Assembly: GCA_950097015.1 (NCBI GenBank)
Contig: CATNEN010000009.1
Span: forward strand, 186,001 to 250,000
Direction of reading: 5' to 3'
DNA length: 64,000 nucleotides
Source of the DNA: Macrostomum hystrix
Taxonomy: Eukaryota > Animalia > Platyhelminthes
The notes beneath the pieces were generated by a model that did no database searches, was not told the DNA's origin, and saw only the letters and a program-made list of their open reading frames with translations. Shown piece after piece: positions 24,927-38,300 of the stretch. How positions within the stretch are numbered: the stretch's first letter is position 1; every line of letters starts with the position of its first letter. The position numbers and the translations under genes were made by a program.

Positions 24927-25367
24927 ATGAGCAACAGCGACTCAGACTGCACCTGCACTAGCAGCTGCTGTGAGCGGCATCACGGCAAGCAGCAGACGGT
25001 CATTCGATTCGAAGGTAGCTCAACAGAGACAGTCGCATACGCCAACACCTTTTGGCAGTCAGCGCAGATGGTGCCTACGCTGGAGTCCGGCCTCAGCTGC
25101 CCATCGGTGAGCCAGCGGCTGAAGCGGACCCCACCTGGTCACCATCCCATCAACATCTGCGCATCCAGCAAGCCATTTCCAAAGCAAGACGAGTTCCTGC
25201 AGCGAGTGCGAGACGAAGAGGAGCTTGACCGATTCACTCGGCTGCAGCGCAGTAAGGACCGCCAAGATGAACAGCGCGGCCTGTTCCAGAAGCAGCGAGT
25301 GGCCAACCAGGCCCGAGCGGAACAGCTCGCTCAGCTCCCAAAAGACAAGCTGCGGCAGACCCGCTGA
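24927..25367 (+). CDS. HOATZ: HOATZ (C11orf88)-like ciliary protein, 146 aa
   Basis: FEGSSTETVAYANTFWQSAQMVPTLESGL...QRL matches, from memory, the HOATZ core [29 protein letters not shown]...QRL. It is followed by the expected charged helix ending in LP. Confidence 0.8.
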   Translation: MSNSDSDCTCTSSCCERHHGKQQTVIRFEGSSTETVAYANTFWQSAQMVPTLESGLSCPSVSQRLKRTPPGHHPINICASSKPFPKQDEFLQRVRDEEELDRFTRLQRSKDRQDEQRGLFQKQRVANQARAEQLAQLPKDKLRQTR

Positions 25368-26599
25368 GGCTATCTGTGTGGCTCACGAATCCGTGACTAC
25401 CGACCAGCAGTCTCTGTCTGAACCGGGAAATATTTCAGACACTTTAGATAGGCAAAAAGGACTGGACTCTTTTCCACTAGAAAGCTATATGATTTTCATT
25501 CTAATTAAGAAACAAATAGCAAAACATTATATTGCAAGAGGGAATCTAAATATAAAGGTTGTAAATATATTATTCCAAGATGCTTGCTCACCGGTAAACA
25601 ACAGCACAATCGAACCAGAACTCCCGGTGAAACTTCTATCCTAGCTGCCGTTCTGGTATCCCAGGACTCATGAGTCTCGGAGTCAGAATAAGACCGCATA
25701 CAAACGCAACAAGACTTTGCTTCATACATTTAATGAGTGCACAAATAGTAACCAGAAGCGTGTTTATTAGATTATAAAGAAACGTAACTCTCCAGGCCAG
25801 AGCACTAAAATAACGCCACGAATCACTGTAAAACTAAAAAATTGAGTAGGCACGCGAAAAATCAAGAATTACAGATAAACTACGGGATTATCAGACACTT
25901 AAATATTTACAATGCAAATTATAGATATGACATTGGCATCCTACATATGATTATGAAAACTGAGATTCAGTCAAGTGTGATAATGAGACGGGATGAAACA
26001 GATGGGAACGTTCCATTAAGGAATGGCATAGTAGCCATTGTACTGATGTGACAAGATAATTGAATTTAGAATTTCGCCATTGGATTATTTAATCAAAGGT
26101 TTGAAATCCCATAAAAACTACTCATGAAATGCTTTAAAAAGTAACAGAGGAACAGAATTTGCACAATAAATCATAGCCCTAAATGAGAATGCTAAGATTA
26201 CAAATTGAAATGACTCTGCACTAATAAAACCGCCCAGTTCGGGAAGGGGATTGTGAGGACAGGGCTCAAAAATAGCAATTAACTATCCTACACAACCCAG
26301 AACGGCCAGAAGACATATTAGAAGCACACACAAAAATATGATCTGCTAAGAACATGAATCATCTCCGGAAGCTATTGCACACAAGGATAACGGGCGCCAA
26401 GCAGCATACTGCCATTACAAGTCAGTTAAATGCACTGCGAATCGCTCTTAATGCGCAACAAGTATTAAAATACGCTTACGCTTAAAAGTATAGAAACTTA
26501 CCTGAACCTGAATAAGTTATCAACTATTAACCTGAAAGGGCGATGCAATCAGCAATTTAATTGTTAAAATGACTAAAGCACAAAGTTATACTTGATCAT

Positions 26600-29500
26600 T
26601 CAAGGTGAAGTTAGACCAAATGCGTCCACTTCGGCGGGCTTTCTGATCCAGGCACCGAGGCCACGTTTCTGCAGAGCTGCCAGCAGCTGCTGCTTTACAC
26701 CTTGATGATCGCTTGCTTTCGCCTTGGCCATGCCGTAGGTTTGCCAAGAAGGCTTTGGCCAACCAACAGCTGTCGCATCCGTGAAGGCTTTGAAAATGGC
26801 GAACTTGCATAAGCGACTGAAGCTATCACCGCCAGACAACGGCCGACCGCGTGTGGCGTCGCAGATCTCAGCCTGCCCGCAGCCCCGGTACCAGTTCAGG
26901 CTGTGCGCGTTGGTCCGTTCCGTGTCCCGCTCTGCGCCACCGCCACTCAGCTGACCTAAAGATGGAAATGCCACTAAGATGCTAAAAATCAGGTCAGCAC
27001 AGCCACTAAGGTGCTAGAAATCAGGTCAGCACAGCCACTAAGGTGCTAGAAATCAGGTCACCACAGCCACTAAGGTGCTAGAAATCAGGTCAGCACAGCC
27101 ATTAAAATGCTAGAAATTAGGTCACCACAGCTATTAAGATGCTAGAAATCAGGTCAGCACAGCTACTAAGGTGCTAGAAATCAGGTCAGCACAGCCACTA
27201 AGGTGCTAGAAATCAGGTCACCACAGCTATTAAGATGCTAGAAATCAGGTCAGCACAGCCACTAAGGTGCTAGAAATCAGGTCAGCACAGCCATTAAGAT
27301 GCCAGAAATTAGGTCAGCACAGCCACTAAGGTGCTAGAAATCAGGTCAGCACAGCCACTAAGGTGCTAGAAATCAGGTCACCACAGCTATTAAGATGCTA
27401 GAAATCAGGTCATAACCCAGCCATTAAGATGCTAGAAATTAGATCACCACAGCTATTAAGATGCTAGAAATCAGGACAGCACAGCTATTAAGATGCTAGA
27501 AATTAGGTCACCACAGCTACTAAGGTGCTAGAAATCAGGTCAGCACAGCCATTAAGATGCTGGAAATCAGGTCAGCACAGCCAGTAAGATGCCGGAAATC
27601 AGGTCAGCACAGCCATTAAGATGCTAGAAATCAGGTCAGCACAGCCAGTAAGATGCTGGAAATCAGGTCAGCACACTCACTGAGGTCCAGGTGCACAAGC
27701 CGATATCCGTCCGGCAGCTGTGGCAGCGCAACTTGAGCCCCAGTGGTCGCCAGAGCCCAGTGGACACGGCAGCAGACAGCCCTGGCTAGGTGCTTAGCAT
27801 GGTACAGCGAACCCAGAGTGAGAGACTTCAGGTACACAGGCCACACAATGTGACTCAATAAAGCACCTTGAAGGCCCAGAATGGACCAGCGACAGATTTT
27901 GTCACTGCAGGACATTGTCCGTAGCCGCTGGCCAGCAACAAGGCCATCCCAAGCCTGTCTGGCACCAGAACCTTGCCCTGAGTCGCTGAATGCCTCGTCC
28001 TCCACTGGAATGGTGCCCTCGCCACGCTCCATCTTGCTGCGGAGGCGTCCACCAGCTGGTGAGAGACGTGGAACATCGTCGGGACAGTGCTGCTCGGAGG
28101 TCAGTGGGTCTGGGGCCGGTGTGTCACTAGAACGGCAGAAAACTGCACCATCACCACATGGGGCTGTGCTAATATACAGATGGAGACTGCAGCCATCGCA
28201 CAGACGGGCTCGACCATCTGAGGCCACCTGGCAGGAGTACAAGTTACAGGTCTGATGGAATCGGATTCGGTTTAAAGGTTTCGACTGCATGCATGAGCGC
28301 GCCGAGTTAACGGGCTCGACCGCCGAGTTACGCACTCTAAACTGCGCTTAGATCCGACTTACCTGAAAGCAGCAGGTGGGAAGCCTGTCTCCAGCTTCTG
28401 TGTCCGCATCTTCTAGATCGTGGCCAGTGGAAAGTAGAGCTAACTGCTGGATAAAAAAGCGCAACAGGGCCCGCCTGGCGATGATCTCGGCGTGACAGTC
28501 ATGCAGTACGCGACCGGACATGGCCAGACAGTCGCCGGACACACAGCGGTTGCCGACTCCCAGGCTAAGTAGACTGAGCCGGCCGTCCGGCCATTGCAAA
28601 GCAAATCCTGCCAAAACTTTGCGGCCGGCCAGCGACTCGCCAGTTGCTATGGCTGCAGTTTCAAAGCGGCGATGAACCAGTGCGGCTATTCTATCACCGA
28701 TGGAAGCGCCGGGCAAGTCAACTGGAAAGGTACAGGTAGTAGCAAGCAGGCCTGAGGCAGCGAGTAGGTGAAGGGCGCGATCGCAGGCGTCGCGGCGGGC
28801 ATCGCGCTTTGTGGCGGCCTCAAAGCGGCACAGTTGATGGCCGTCGATTTTGACCTCAGCGATAAAGCGGGGCTTGTGTGGTGGGCCAGTGGAGCCAATA
28901 CTGGTCAACTCCAGGCGACGGCCCTGTGACTGGCACCATTCAGTCAGGGCTGACACTGGGTTGCGCAGCAGCGACTGCAGCCAGCGAGCGTCTACGGCTG
29001 GGACGTTCTGAAATTTAGGAGCAGTTAAGGAGGAAGTTAGAAAGGCAACAACCGGTTCGCTAATATCTTACGCTCGCAGAGTCAACTATTTTAATTCCTC
29101 ACCAAATTACCGCCGTTGTCCCACCCATTCTTGTCGGCCGCAGTCACCAAAGCGAGTTGCTCGCTTATGTTCGGCAGCTGCAGCGGCTTAACTGATTGTG
29201 AATCGTTACTGAGAGCCCCGGGTGGCAGCAAGCGGCCGTCGGCCTCTAAACACTGCAAGGCAGTGGCGCAGACGAGCTGCCTGCCTGACTTGAGGCTGCC
29301 AGCCTCGGCCGTGCACAGTTGCTTACCGTTGAGGCTCACGCTCAGAACGAAGGTCGGACGATGCGGCGGCCCCCTACTGCCAAGGCAATCGACGGCCAGC
29401 GCGATCCTTCGCGACTGGCACCACTCCTGAAGGGCAGAGAGTACGGCCCACAGAAAAAACATTATAACGCAAAAATACAATTCGGCAAAGCTGCACGCAA

Positions 29501-31179
29501 TAGGAAACAGCAGCAGCCACTTACCTGCAAGCGAGAAACGGCTGTCTTTTCAGGAACTGCAAGTCCAGTCGCTTCCGCATATGAGTGATTATCCTCTGCA
29601 ACGGCAATCACTGCGAGCCACTGGGGAGGTCTGTCGGTTGCTTTCGTGACCAGTCCAGCTCTCTGCAAGCCGTAAAGAGAGCGATTGACTTCCGCCTTGC
29701 TAGAAGCGCCGACCAGTGACTGCAGCTCCATGCGTCTGGCCGGCCGAGGCCATCGATCCGACAGAGCGCGAAGTAGAGAGCGCTGCAGAGCTGTGAAGGA
29801 GACAGTAGTCATAAGATCATTTTAGAAAAGGGTGGGAAGTGCAATAGGGCTTTGGGTGAGATTAACCACTACACAACGCAGTGGGGGCGCGGCAGGGATA
29901 TTGTTTTGGTGCATTTTTTTGCAGCGACGACAATATTTCGAAACAGATCTTAAGTCGGGATAAACAGCTCGGTAGAGTCGGAAGAAGCAAAGCCCGGTAG
30001 AGTCGGAAAAAGCAAAGCCCCACTCGGCTTACCCGATAGCTCAGAAACATCGCTCACAGAAGCAGTGTCCGCATCGCTTTCGAATGCTGATTCGTTATCG
30101 GAATCGCTAAGTCTAGACAGAAATGCAGTTGCCTGAAATGCAGGTGAATCATTCCACTGCTCCTGACACAGTGGCCGAGACCCTTGCAGGATATTCCCGC
30201 GCTCTTGCTGCTTTCTTTGTGGCAACTTTGAAGCGTTTAACTTATCATTTTCTTCATCTGGTAGCTTTGGAGCGTTCAATTGATCCTGTTGTTGTTGTGG
30301 CAACTGAGGAGCGTTCCTCTGATCCTGTTGTTGTTGCGGCAACTGAGGAGCGTTCCTCTGATCCTGTTGTTGTTGCGGCAACTGAGGAGCGTTCCTCTGA
30401 TCCTGTTGTTGTTGCGGCAACTGAAGAGCGTTCCTCTGATCCTGTTGTTGTTGCAGCAACTGAAGAGGAGCGTTCCTCTGATCCTGTTGTTGTTGCAGCA
30501 ACTGAAGAGGAGCGTTCCTCTGATCCTGTTGTTGTTGCAGCAACTGAAGAGGAGCGTTCCTCTGATCCTGTTGTTGTTGCGGCAACTGAGGAGCGTTCCT
30601 CTGATCCTGTTGTTGTTGCGGCAACTGAGGAGCGTTCCTCTGATCCTGTTGTTGTTGCGGCAACTGAGGAACGTTCCTCTGATCCTGTTGTTGTTGCGGC
30701 AACTGAGGAGCGTTCCTCTGATCCTGTTGTTGTCCTGGCGGACCTAGCCTGAATTGTTGTGGGAATCCGCGTCCCAAGCCGCGTCCACGAACCACTACAG
30801 GTGCAGATAAAGATGAAGCAGGGGTACAAGGAAATCGAGTAGTCATAACACCTGTCTGCCTCAAGAGCTCATGTGGAGGCAGAGGGCGCTTAAAGGAAGC
30901 CGATGAACCTGTTAAGGGCGCAGCTGATTGCACTCTAATGCCAGACGAGGAGCTGCATGGAGAGGCAGTGCGAAGAAACCAGTTTCCATCGCAATTGCCA
31001 AGGCGACCCATATTGGCTAGCTGCTGCAGCGCCTCATTCAGATCAACGATAGAGCAGGGCTGGACAGCATTTAAAATCTCCTGCTTAGAGTATTGGCCAG
31101 ATTTCAAAAACATATAGTTAATGATGCAGTCTTGCAGCTCGGAGATGCCAGTAGCTCTGATTTGGCCCTGCTTCTCCAT
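26600..31179 (-). CDS. ADAR: ADAR1-type dsRNA adenosine deaminase, about 1094 aa: two Z-domain-like folds, two dsRBDs, deaminase (exons 31179-30033, 29790-29525, 29426-29103, 29007-28363, 28227-27681, 26955-26600)
   Basis: Zalpha motif KAEVNRSLYGLQRAGLVTKATDRPPQW. dsRBDs KTAVSRLQE|WCQ...GPPHRPTF and RNPVSALTE...GPPHKPRF. Catalytic CHAE, LYISTAPCGDG and MSCSDK, C-terminal WIRKP. All five introns are GT-AG and phase-consistent. Confidence 0.95.
26970..27675. repeat. 32-bp minisatellite, about 22 copies, filling the last ADAR intron
   Basis: Unit gctagaaatcaggtcagcacagccactaaggt runs from just after the donor (27680) to just before the acceptor (26956). Confidence 0.96.
30283..30745 (-). repeat. 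Coding 39/42-bp minisatellite in ADAR exon 1, encoding 12 PQLPQQQQDQRNA-type units
   Basis: Period 39 with three 42-bp variants. It lies in frame within the open 1147-nt exon, between the two Z-like domains. Confidence 0.93.
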
Positions 31180-34080
31180 GGCACTAAATCTGAGCAGCTT
31201 TGAGCAAACAAAGTCAGATAGACTGAGGGTTGAATAGTAAAGAGCACTTATAATAAAAAGTATTCCTTGCACTGCTGGTGCAACTTGAACAATTATTTGT
31301 GTTACCTACTTAAAATTTTAATATAAATAGCTTTGTAATTTTGTTTAACAAGTTGAATTATAAGCATAAATGAAACTTACACTAAGCATATTTGACATAA
31401 ATTATCTTTCTTGGCCCAGAAAAAATATATGTTGTTTAAATGATTACATTTATTAGAGATCATATATCTATTTCCTTTAGTGCTCAGCCTGTTTTCAAAA
31501 CAAAAAAACTTGAAATAGCCTAAACAACCTAGTTTAAACTTTAAGTAAAATCATACATGTGCAACCTCCCAAATCTTAGCCGGCCGTGCAACTTAGTTTT
31601 TGCTCTATTTGCGACTTAGTTTGCTCTTAGTTGTGACTTAGTTTGTTTCAATGCTCTATTTACGACTTAGTTTGCTCTCATTTGTTCTATTTTTCTCTCC
31701 CTTTTCCTCTTTTTCACGACTTCCTTTTTTGTCCCTTGGTCCCCCCTTTGATTTTTTTGCACTTGGTTGATTGGTTTTTGCAACTTACCTTGCTTGGCCC
31801 TTGTTTCACCCGGCAGGTTCGGCCGGGTGTTGTGCATGTATGAGTAAAATTAAAGTCTTCAGTCAAGACTGCTTAAAATTGAGCTGCCACAAAATTTTGG
31901 AATGCACTTTTAAGTACTTTTAATGATATATCTCTGTAGGCATGAGCTATTAAGTATATAGAAAAAATAGTATCCTCTACTGTATCAATAGATAGCAAAA
32001 ATGGCTTATGAAGATAAGAATAAATGCCCTTAGCAATATGTTTTTATAAGCCTGAATTTAAGAATGAAGAGGGACAACTCTTTTTTATAAATTGTCTATT
32101 CAACAAGTTAATGCTAGGACGTAGGCAATTGTCTACACTAGCTAAATAAAAAAGAAATCTTCCCAATCAAATTTTCTTTAAACAAGACATGTGGAAAAGA
32201 ATCAATATTATAGTAAATTGTAAATTGACAAATTCTAGGCCATATTTAGGTTATTTTTTCATTAGCAATTTATGCATGATCCAATACTTATATTGATTCA
32301 CAATTCAGAACATGATTTAAAATATGGCCATTTAATCCAGATCCCATTGATTTCACTCAAATTCATACTAGGCTTAAAATTGTATTCATCCCACATTTTT
32401 TCAGTCATATTTTGAAAACTAGGATGACAAGATTAAGAAGCCTATTAGCACAAATTTGGTAACGATTTTTAATGATTGCCTACTTTTTGCAATTTGCACA
32501 AGCAAACTTTTCCGTGTTCACGTGAAAATCTTCATGTGATCTAATGGCTACTTAATTAAAGCCCGAAATGGTCAAGATCAGTGAGATTGATAATCATAAC
32601 GGACCCCAACACTGTGTAGGGGGCCTAATATAATATAATACCAATAATTTGCTTATTCAAAGCATTTCATGCAATTCTTTTTCACGAATTTTAACTTCTG
32701 ATGAACACATGATATTTTTACGCATAAAACTAAATGTAGATTTCCCCTAAATTTCTCTTTTAAATCAATATATACAATTCTAGCGCATTGCCTGCCCCCA
32801 GAAATTATTCAATATTGCTGCGGCATACATTAAAAAAATTTCCATATGAAGGCAATTTAAATTCACGCGGTTTTTGTTTACAGTGCAAAGAAACGCAATT
32901 TGAGCTAATTTTTTTGCCCTAGCAGTCATCACAGATGCTGAATTAACTAGATATGCACTTACATCCACTTACATTGTTTGTTAAAAAGTGTTTGCCACTT
33001 TTTTCAGTAGCAAGCATGAAAAGCTATTTCTATTTCTTGTGCCGAACGTATTTTGATGACTTATGATATTTCATTACCATATGGAATTATCAATTTTGAA
33101 TGTGCAATGGTATTATCCTCAATCTTTAGTCTCTTTGTACCTCGATTATTGTTATGTACGCTGCTGACGCTGCACAATTGAATCTCTGCAATAAATACTA
33201 ACACGTTGTGCTCTATCGCTGTTAATTGTTTTAGTAGCTAGCCATCTATAAAATAAGAAGGAACAGGCGAGAGGCAAGAAACTACAAACTAGGCCTTTAT
33301 TATCTATGTCACTCTCCTTGTAAAAACTGTCCGTCACTCTGCACCACTATGGTTCATAGACAGATCCTCCGAGTCGCCGGCAGTGATTCAAATGACCATA
33401 GCGGGTAGATACCGCGTGGTGTAAAAATGGAGGGTCGAATTTTTATTTGGCAGCTCTGCAGCCAGCCAGCTTTTCAGTGTGGTTGGAATAGCAAGCGGGG
33501 CTAAACAGGTTTGGGTAACTTTTATTACTCTCGTCTTCTCGTCTAAAAAATCTGAGTTTGGAAAGTTGCGACATTATCAATTTTAAAGTTCTGATTCGTG
33601 AAACTATTAAAACTAATATTTATTCGAGACAATAACTTCAAAATAAAATTTTTTTTAAAAAGTTTATAGCATTAAATTTTTTCTTGAAAAACAAACAAAA
33701 ACTAGTACTATATTAGCAAAAGTGATGATAAAATAATATCTTGGAGCAACAATTGAATTCAACTTGAATCCAGGGCTCGGTTTTTTTCATAAAAAAAACT
33801 AAACTTCGGTTGTTTTATTATATTATCAATGTTGCTGAGGACTACACAGAGCTTACTTGTATGCTTTGAATATACATTACAATTTTTTAGGTTTGTTTTG
33901 CAATAATTTTTATCTTAGGAATTAAGATTTAATTGCGAAGTATTTGTGCCTTCTTGGGTAGTTTTGTTCGTAGCTTTTAAACGTATATTAAGACTCCTGT
34001 GTTTATTTGGGTTAATTTAAAATAGCTTAGGTTTTAATTTATTAGTTTCTTTGTGAAATATGTAACTTTAAAGACTGCAA

Positions 34081-35359
34081 ATTTCGATAGGTTTACTAGA
34101 GAGATAGTATAGAAGTTTGATTATTTGATATGGTTCTATTATTATTTGACATAATTCGAAATAACATTTAAAGGGTAATTTAAACTATATCGGTAAATAT
34201 TTAGTCAGGGGATGCTGACTATCATTCTGATATTTATGTTTTAAAATAAAATATTTCCTTTAATATAAGTTACAGTTATTTGCAATACACACTTGTTTAG
34301 TGTAACAACTTATTTCATTTAAGGCTTAAAACGTATTTAAACTTTCTAAAAATGTTTCCTAGCTAGCATATATAAATTTCTAATTGAAAGGAAATAATTG
34401 CCTATATGTGAAATACAGGGTTAGTAAAAAGTAAAATAAAGATTTTTAAGTGTAATACGCTAAATTAGATAGCCGTTTGTCTAAGAAACTGGAATCGAAG
34501 AAAAGCACGGCTCATTGGCTGCCATGAGGGCTTATTTATTAAGTAAATCAGATTATACTCGTACTTGCAGAATATCGCTTGTGTGTAATTTATTTTTTGC
34601 CGACGGTTGCCGATTCCTTCATGAAGCTTAACAGTTTTTAGTTAAGGTCCCACTGCAGGGATTACTTTTTCGTTCACAAAAGCTTTTGGTTTGCTTTCCC
34701 TCAACTTTTAATAATAACTTCTGCAGCTGAATATAGTGCCAGATTGAATGGATCAGGAGAACCTCGTTCAAAGCATTTCGGACCCTGTAACTGCAGTATT
34801 AACAAGCTTTGATGGCCGGCAGATGGCCATCACATCTCTAGCCACGCAGACAGAGTGGAGCTGGATGGAAGACATGCGACTGCGGCTACAGACGGATCAA
34901 CAGTCAGTCAAGAGCGAGCCAGGAAACACAGAGTCGGAGAGAAAGGGTGAGGCTTCTCGTCATGCATATTAAGCCATAGTGACATTATTGTTATGCAGTT
35001 TTCGAAATTCAACTATGTATCCTAATTCTGCAGCTTTTTCAGCTAAATAATTAATATCAGTTTTTTTACTTTCACTTCTCGGAACAACAGAGATTCACAA
35101 CATCATCAAGATAAACTCACTTGATTGATTACGCACAATTATCACAATGTGCGTTTCGATAGGTACTAGAGAGATAGTATAGAAGTTTGATTATTTGATA
35201 TGGTCTATTCTCTTAACGGTTATTATTTGACATAATTCGAAATAACATTTAAACGGTAATTTAAAATATATCGGTAAATATTTAGTTAGGGGATGCTGAC
35301 TATCATTCTGATATTTATGTTTTAAAATATAATATTTCCTTTAATAGAAGTTACAGTTA
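34081..35359 (+). repeat. Pair of about 200-bp direct repeats (34081-34278 and 35154-35359)
   Basis: Both read tttcgatagg...agagagatagtatagaagtttgattatttgatatgg...ggatgctgactatcattctgatatttatg...agttacagttat with few differences. Confidence 0.92.
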
Positions 35360-38300
35360 TATTTAAGTTACGTTATAGTTACTTTGGAAGTCCGAAGCTT
35401 CGGGAGTTCACATCTCAGCCCAAAGGAAAAAACTTGTGTGAAGTTGTGTCCCTTACCTAGTGCTGCAGTTTACCCAGGTGTAAATCAGTATCAGCATTAG
35501 CTGGGTTGGAAATGTGGGTGGGTACGGCGGCCCTAGTTCATGGACTGAACATCTACATGGACTGAACTGTACATTGCCTTTAGAAGTGTCGTGCAATAGC
35601 TGCTATAAAAGAAAATAAATACAGTTACTCAGGCTAGCAGCATGATCCAAAACGAAACACTTGCAGCCGCCCTGCAATCCATTCATAGCAACCCCGAAAG
35701 TCTCTATCCAAACCATATCGGACGACTTGGAAGAGGAAGGCTCTGTCGAGAGCCAAGCTGAAGCTACAGATGTATCAGGTATCAATGGCAGTGTCTGCCC
35801 CAGCCACTGTGGCTTTTTTGTGCTAGCTGCAAACTTTGATGTTATTCTGAGTGCACTTTTCTATTCCTGTATGTCAAAGTTTACCTCCCAGCTCCAAGTC
35901 TTCTCAAGCAGCGATGATTTTTCAAACAGCTGATTATGTAGCTCGTACTGCGTCGAATTTCTACTGCCTATTGTTAAGTGCATAGACCATGCGGATGCAG
36001 ATCCCTTTGGTAATTGGGAGTTACGAGCATACTAATGCAACTGAAAAATGTCTGGGTGGGTATCCGTCTAGTAACTGCATTGAACTACTTTGACAAAGCA
36101 GGCCTTTTGCCTTACTGTAAATTTGGTGTTCATCTGTTATCCCGTCTATCCCGCTGCTTTTCTACTCTTCAACTTCTTAACTTCTTTTTAATTATCTGAT
36201 ATGCTCAGCTCGATTGAATTATCGGTCGGTGGTGCTGTGCTTTGAGTACGAGGCAAAGTCGTATATATTGAAGGTGTACTAGAGTTGTAAAAATTTAAAT
36301 AGAAAATAGAGAAAATAGAGCAGAGAATGACTGAATGGCCTAAAATAGGTTAAGAGTTATGACTTTTTCGGATCTGCCACACATGAACTCTTCAACAACG
36401 ATATTTAGCCGGATAAGCCCTCCTCTATTGATTATGGATTATCGATGTTTCCACTCGTTAGATTTCCTTGAATTAACTCTGAACTATGGTCAGCTTGAAG
36501 AGACTCGATATACTGCTGCTGCGTTGAGTATTCTATGAAGGTGGTGTCAAATTATTGGTCTCGTGTTGGTTTTTTCAGATATCGTCATATAGCTGATATC
36601 TTGAATCATTGAAGCGAACTTTGACTGTTTTAGAACTGAAAACTGTGTTTAGACTGTGCATGGATGGATGAAAATCGTTCATGGTTTGAATATCATCTGT
36701 TGGGACAATCACGTAATGGATTGTGCTGCTCCTGAAATGTAAGATGTACACAAGATTTAATTGCTACTCAAATCTGCACTAACACTTACTTTTGCATTTC
36801 TCTTTGCCTCTCCTGCATCGATGTCGCTTTCTGCATCACATATTTGGCAAACTTTTTTGCGAGAACCTCTGAAATAAAATTTGTTGACTATAAGTGAAAC
36901 TGAGTGTTGAGGGTGTATACATTTCTCGAACTCATCAACGATCGTCATTTTCATACTATACTGGTATGAGCTATTTCGTCTGCTAGAGCAAAAATTACGG
37001 GCAAATTAGGAAGAGCCACTATTCTTATGATGATTTACTCATATAATTTTACTATTCCTTTTTCCTTGCCGAAACGATAAAGAAAGTAAATAAAGATTAA
37101 ATGGCGAGGTACTGAAAAAGTTAAGCGTCAATAAGGTCATTTCATACATAAAAATGAGCACCCCGTTTCCTCCTTATTTGAATGCTGCAGAGGCTGAAGA
37201 CCTTGAAGCGCAAAGCGCCGCTGGCCAGCGAAAGCGCGGTGGGCCCCGCAGCTCCCGCAGTTCAATGCGCTCAGGCCGCAGCGTGGGCAGCTCACAGTCT
37301 GGTCGGGTCGGCCGTAGTAGAGCTGGCGGTCTTGCCATCCCCGCCTACCCAGAGCCGCGCATTGATGACGAGTTTGGCATCCTGCTTGTGCAGGACGACG
37401 ACTCTGATGTGAGTACCCAGACAATGCTTCCACCTTGTTCTTTGCGCTTTGATCTTCTGCCAATCCTTTCTCTTTGAAAGCAAGTTTTCAGACACTTGTG
37501 CAACAGGAAACTCCCACTCACACACAGTTTTCAGACACTTGTGCAACAGGAGACTTCCACTCACACACAGCTTTCAGACACTTGTGCAACAGGAGACTTC
37601 CACTCACACACAGCTTTCAGACACTTGTGCAACAGGAGACTTCCACTCACACACAGCTTTCAGACACTTGTGCAACAGGAGACTTCCACTCACACACAGC
37701 TTTCAGAAACTTGTGCAACAGGAGACTTCCACTCACACACAGCTTTCAGACACTTGTGCAACAGGAGACTTCCACTCACACACAGCTTTCAGACACTTGT
37801 GCAACAGGAGACTTCCACTCACACACAGCTTTCAGACACTTGTGCAACAGGAGACTTCCACTCACACACAGCTTTCAGACACTTGTGCAACAGGAGACTT
37901 CCACTCACACACAGCTTTCAGACACTTGTGCAACAGGAGACTTCCACTCACACACAGCTTTCAGAAACTTGTGCAACAGGAGACTTCCACTCACACACAG
38001 CTTTCAGACACTTGTGCAACAGGAGACTTCCACTCACACACAGCTTTCAGACACTTGCGCAATAGGAAACTCCCACTCACACACAGCTTTCAGACACTTG
38101 AGTGACAGGAAACTCCCACTCACACACAGCTTTCAGACACTTGTGCAACAGGAAACTCCCACTCACACACAGCTTTCAGATACTTGAGTGACAGGAAACT
38201 CCCACTCACACAGCTTTCAGACACTTGAGTGACAGGAAACTCCCACTCACACAGCTTTCAGACACAAATGTCAAAGGCGACTCTCTCGTTAACTCTGGAG

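Noticed and set aside
36247-36260. TACGAGG as the left end of a mariner-like element that made the footprints
   Set aside because: No matching inverted end or transposase was found nearby.
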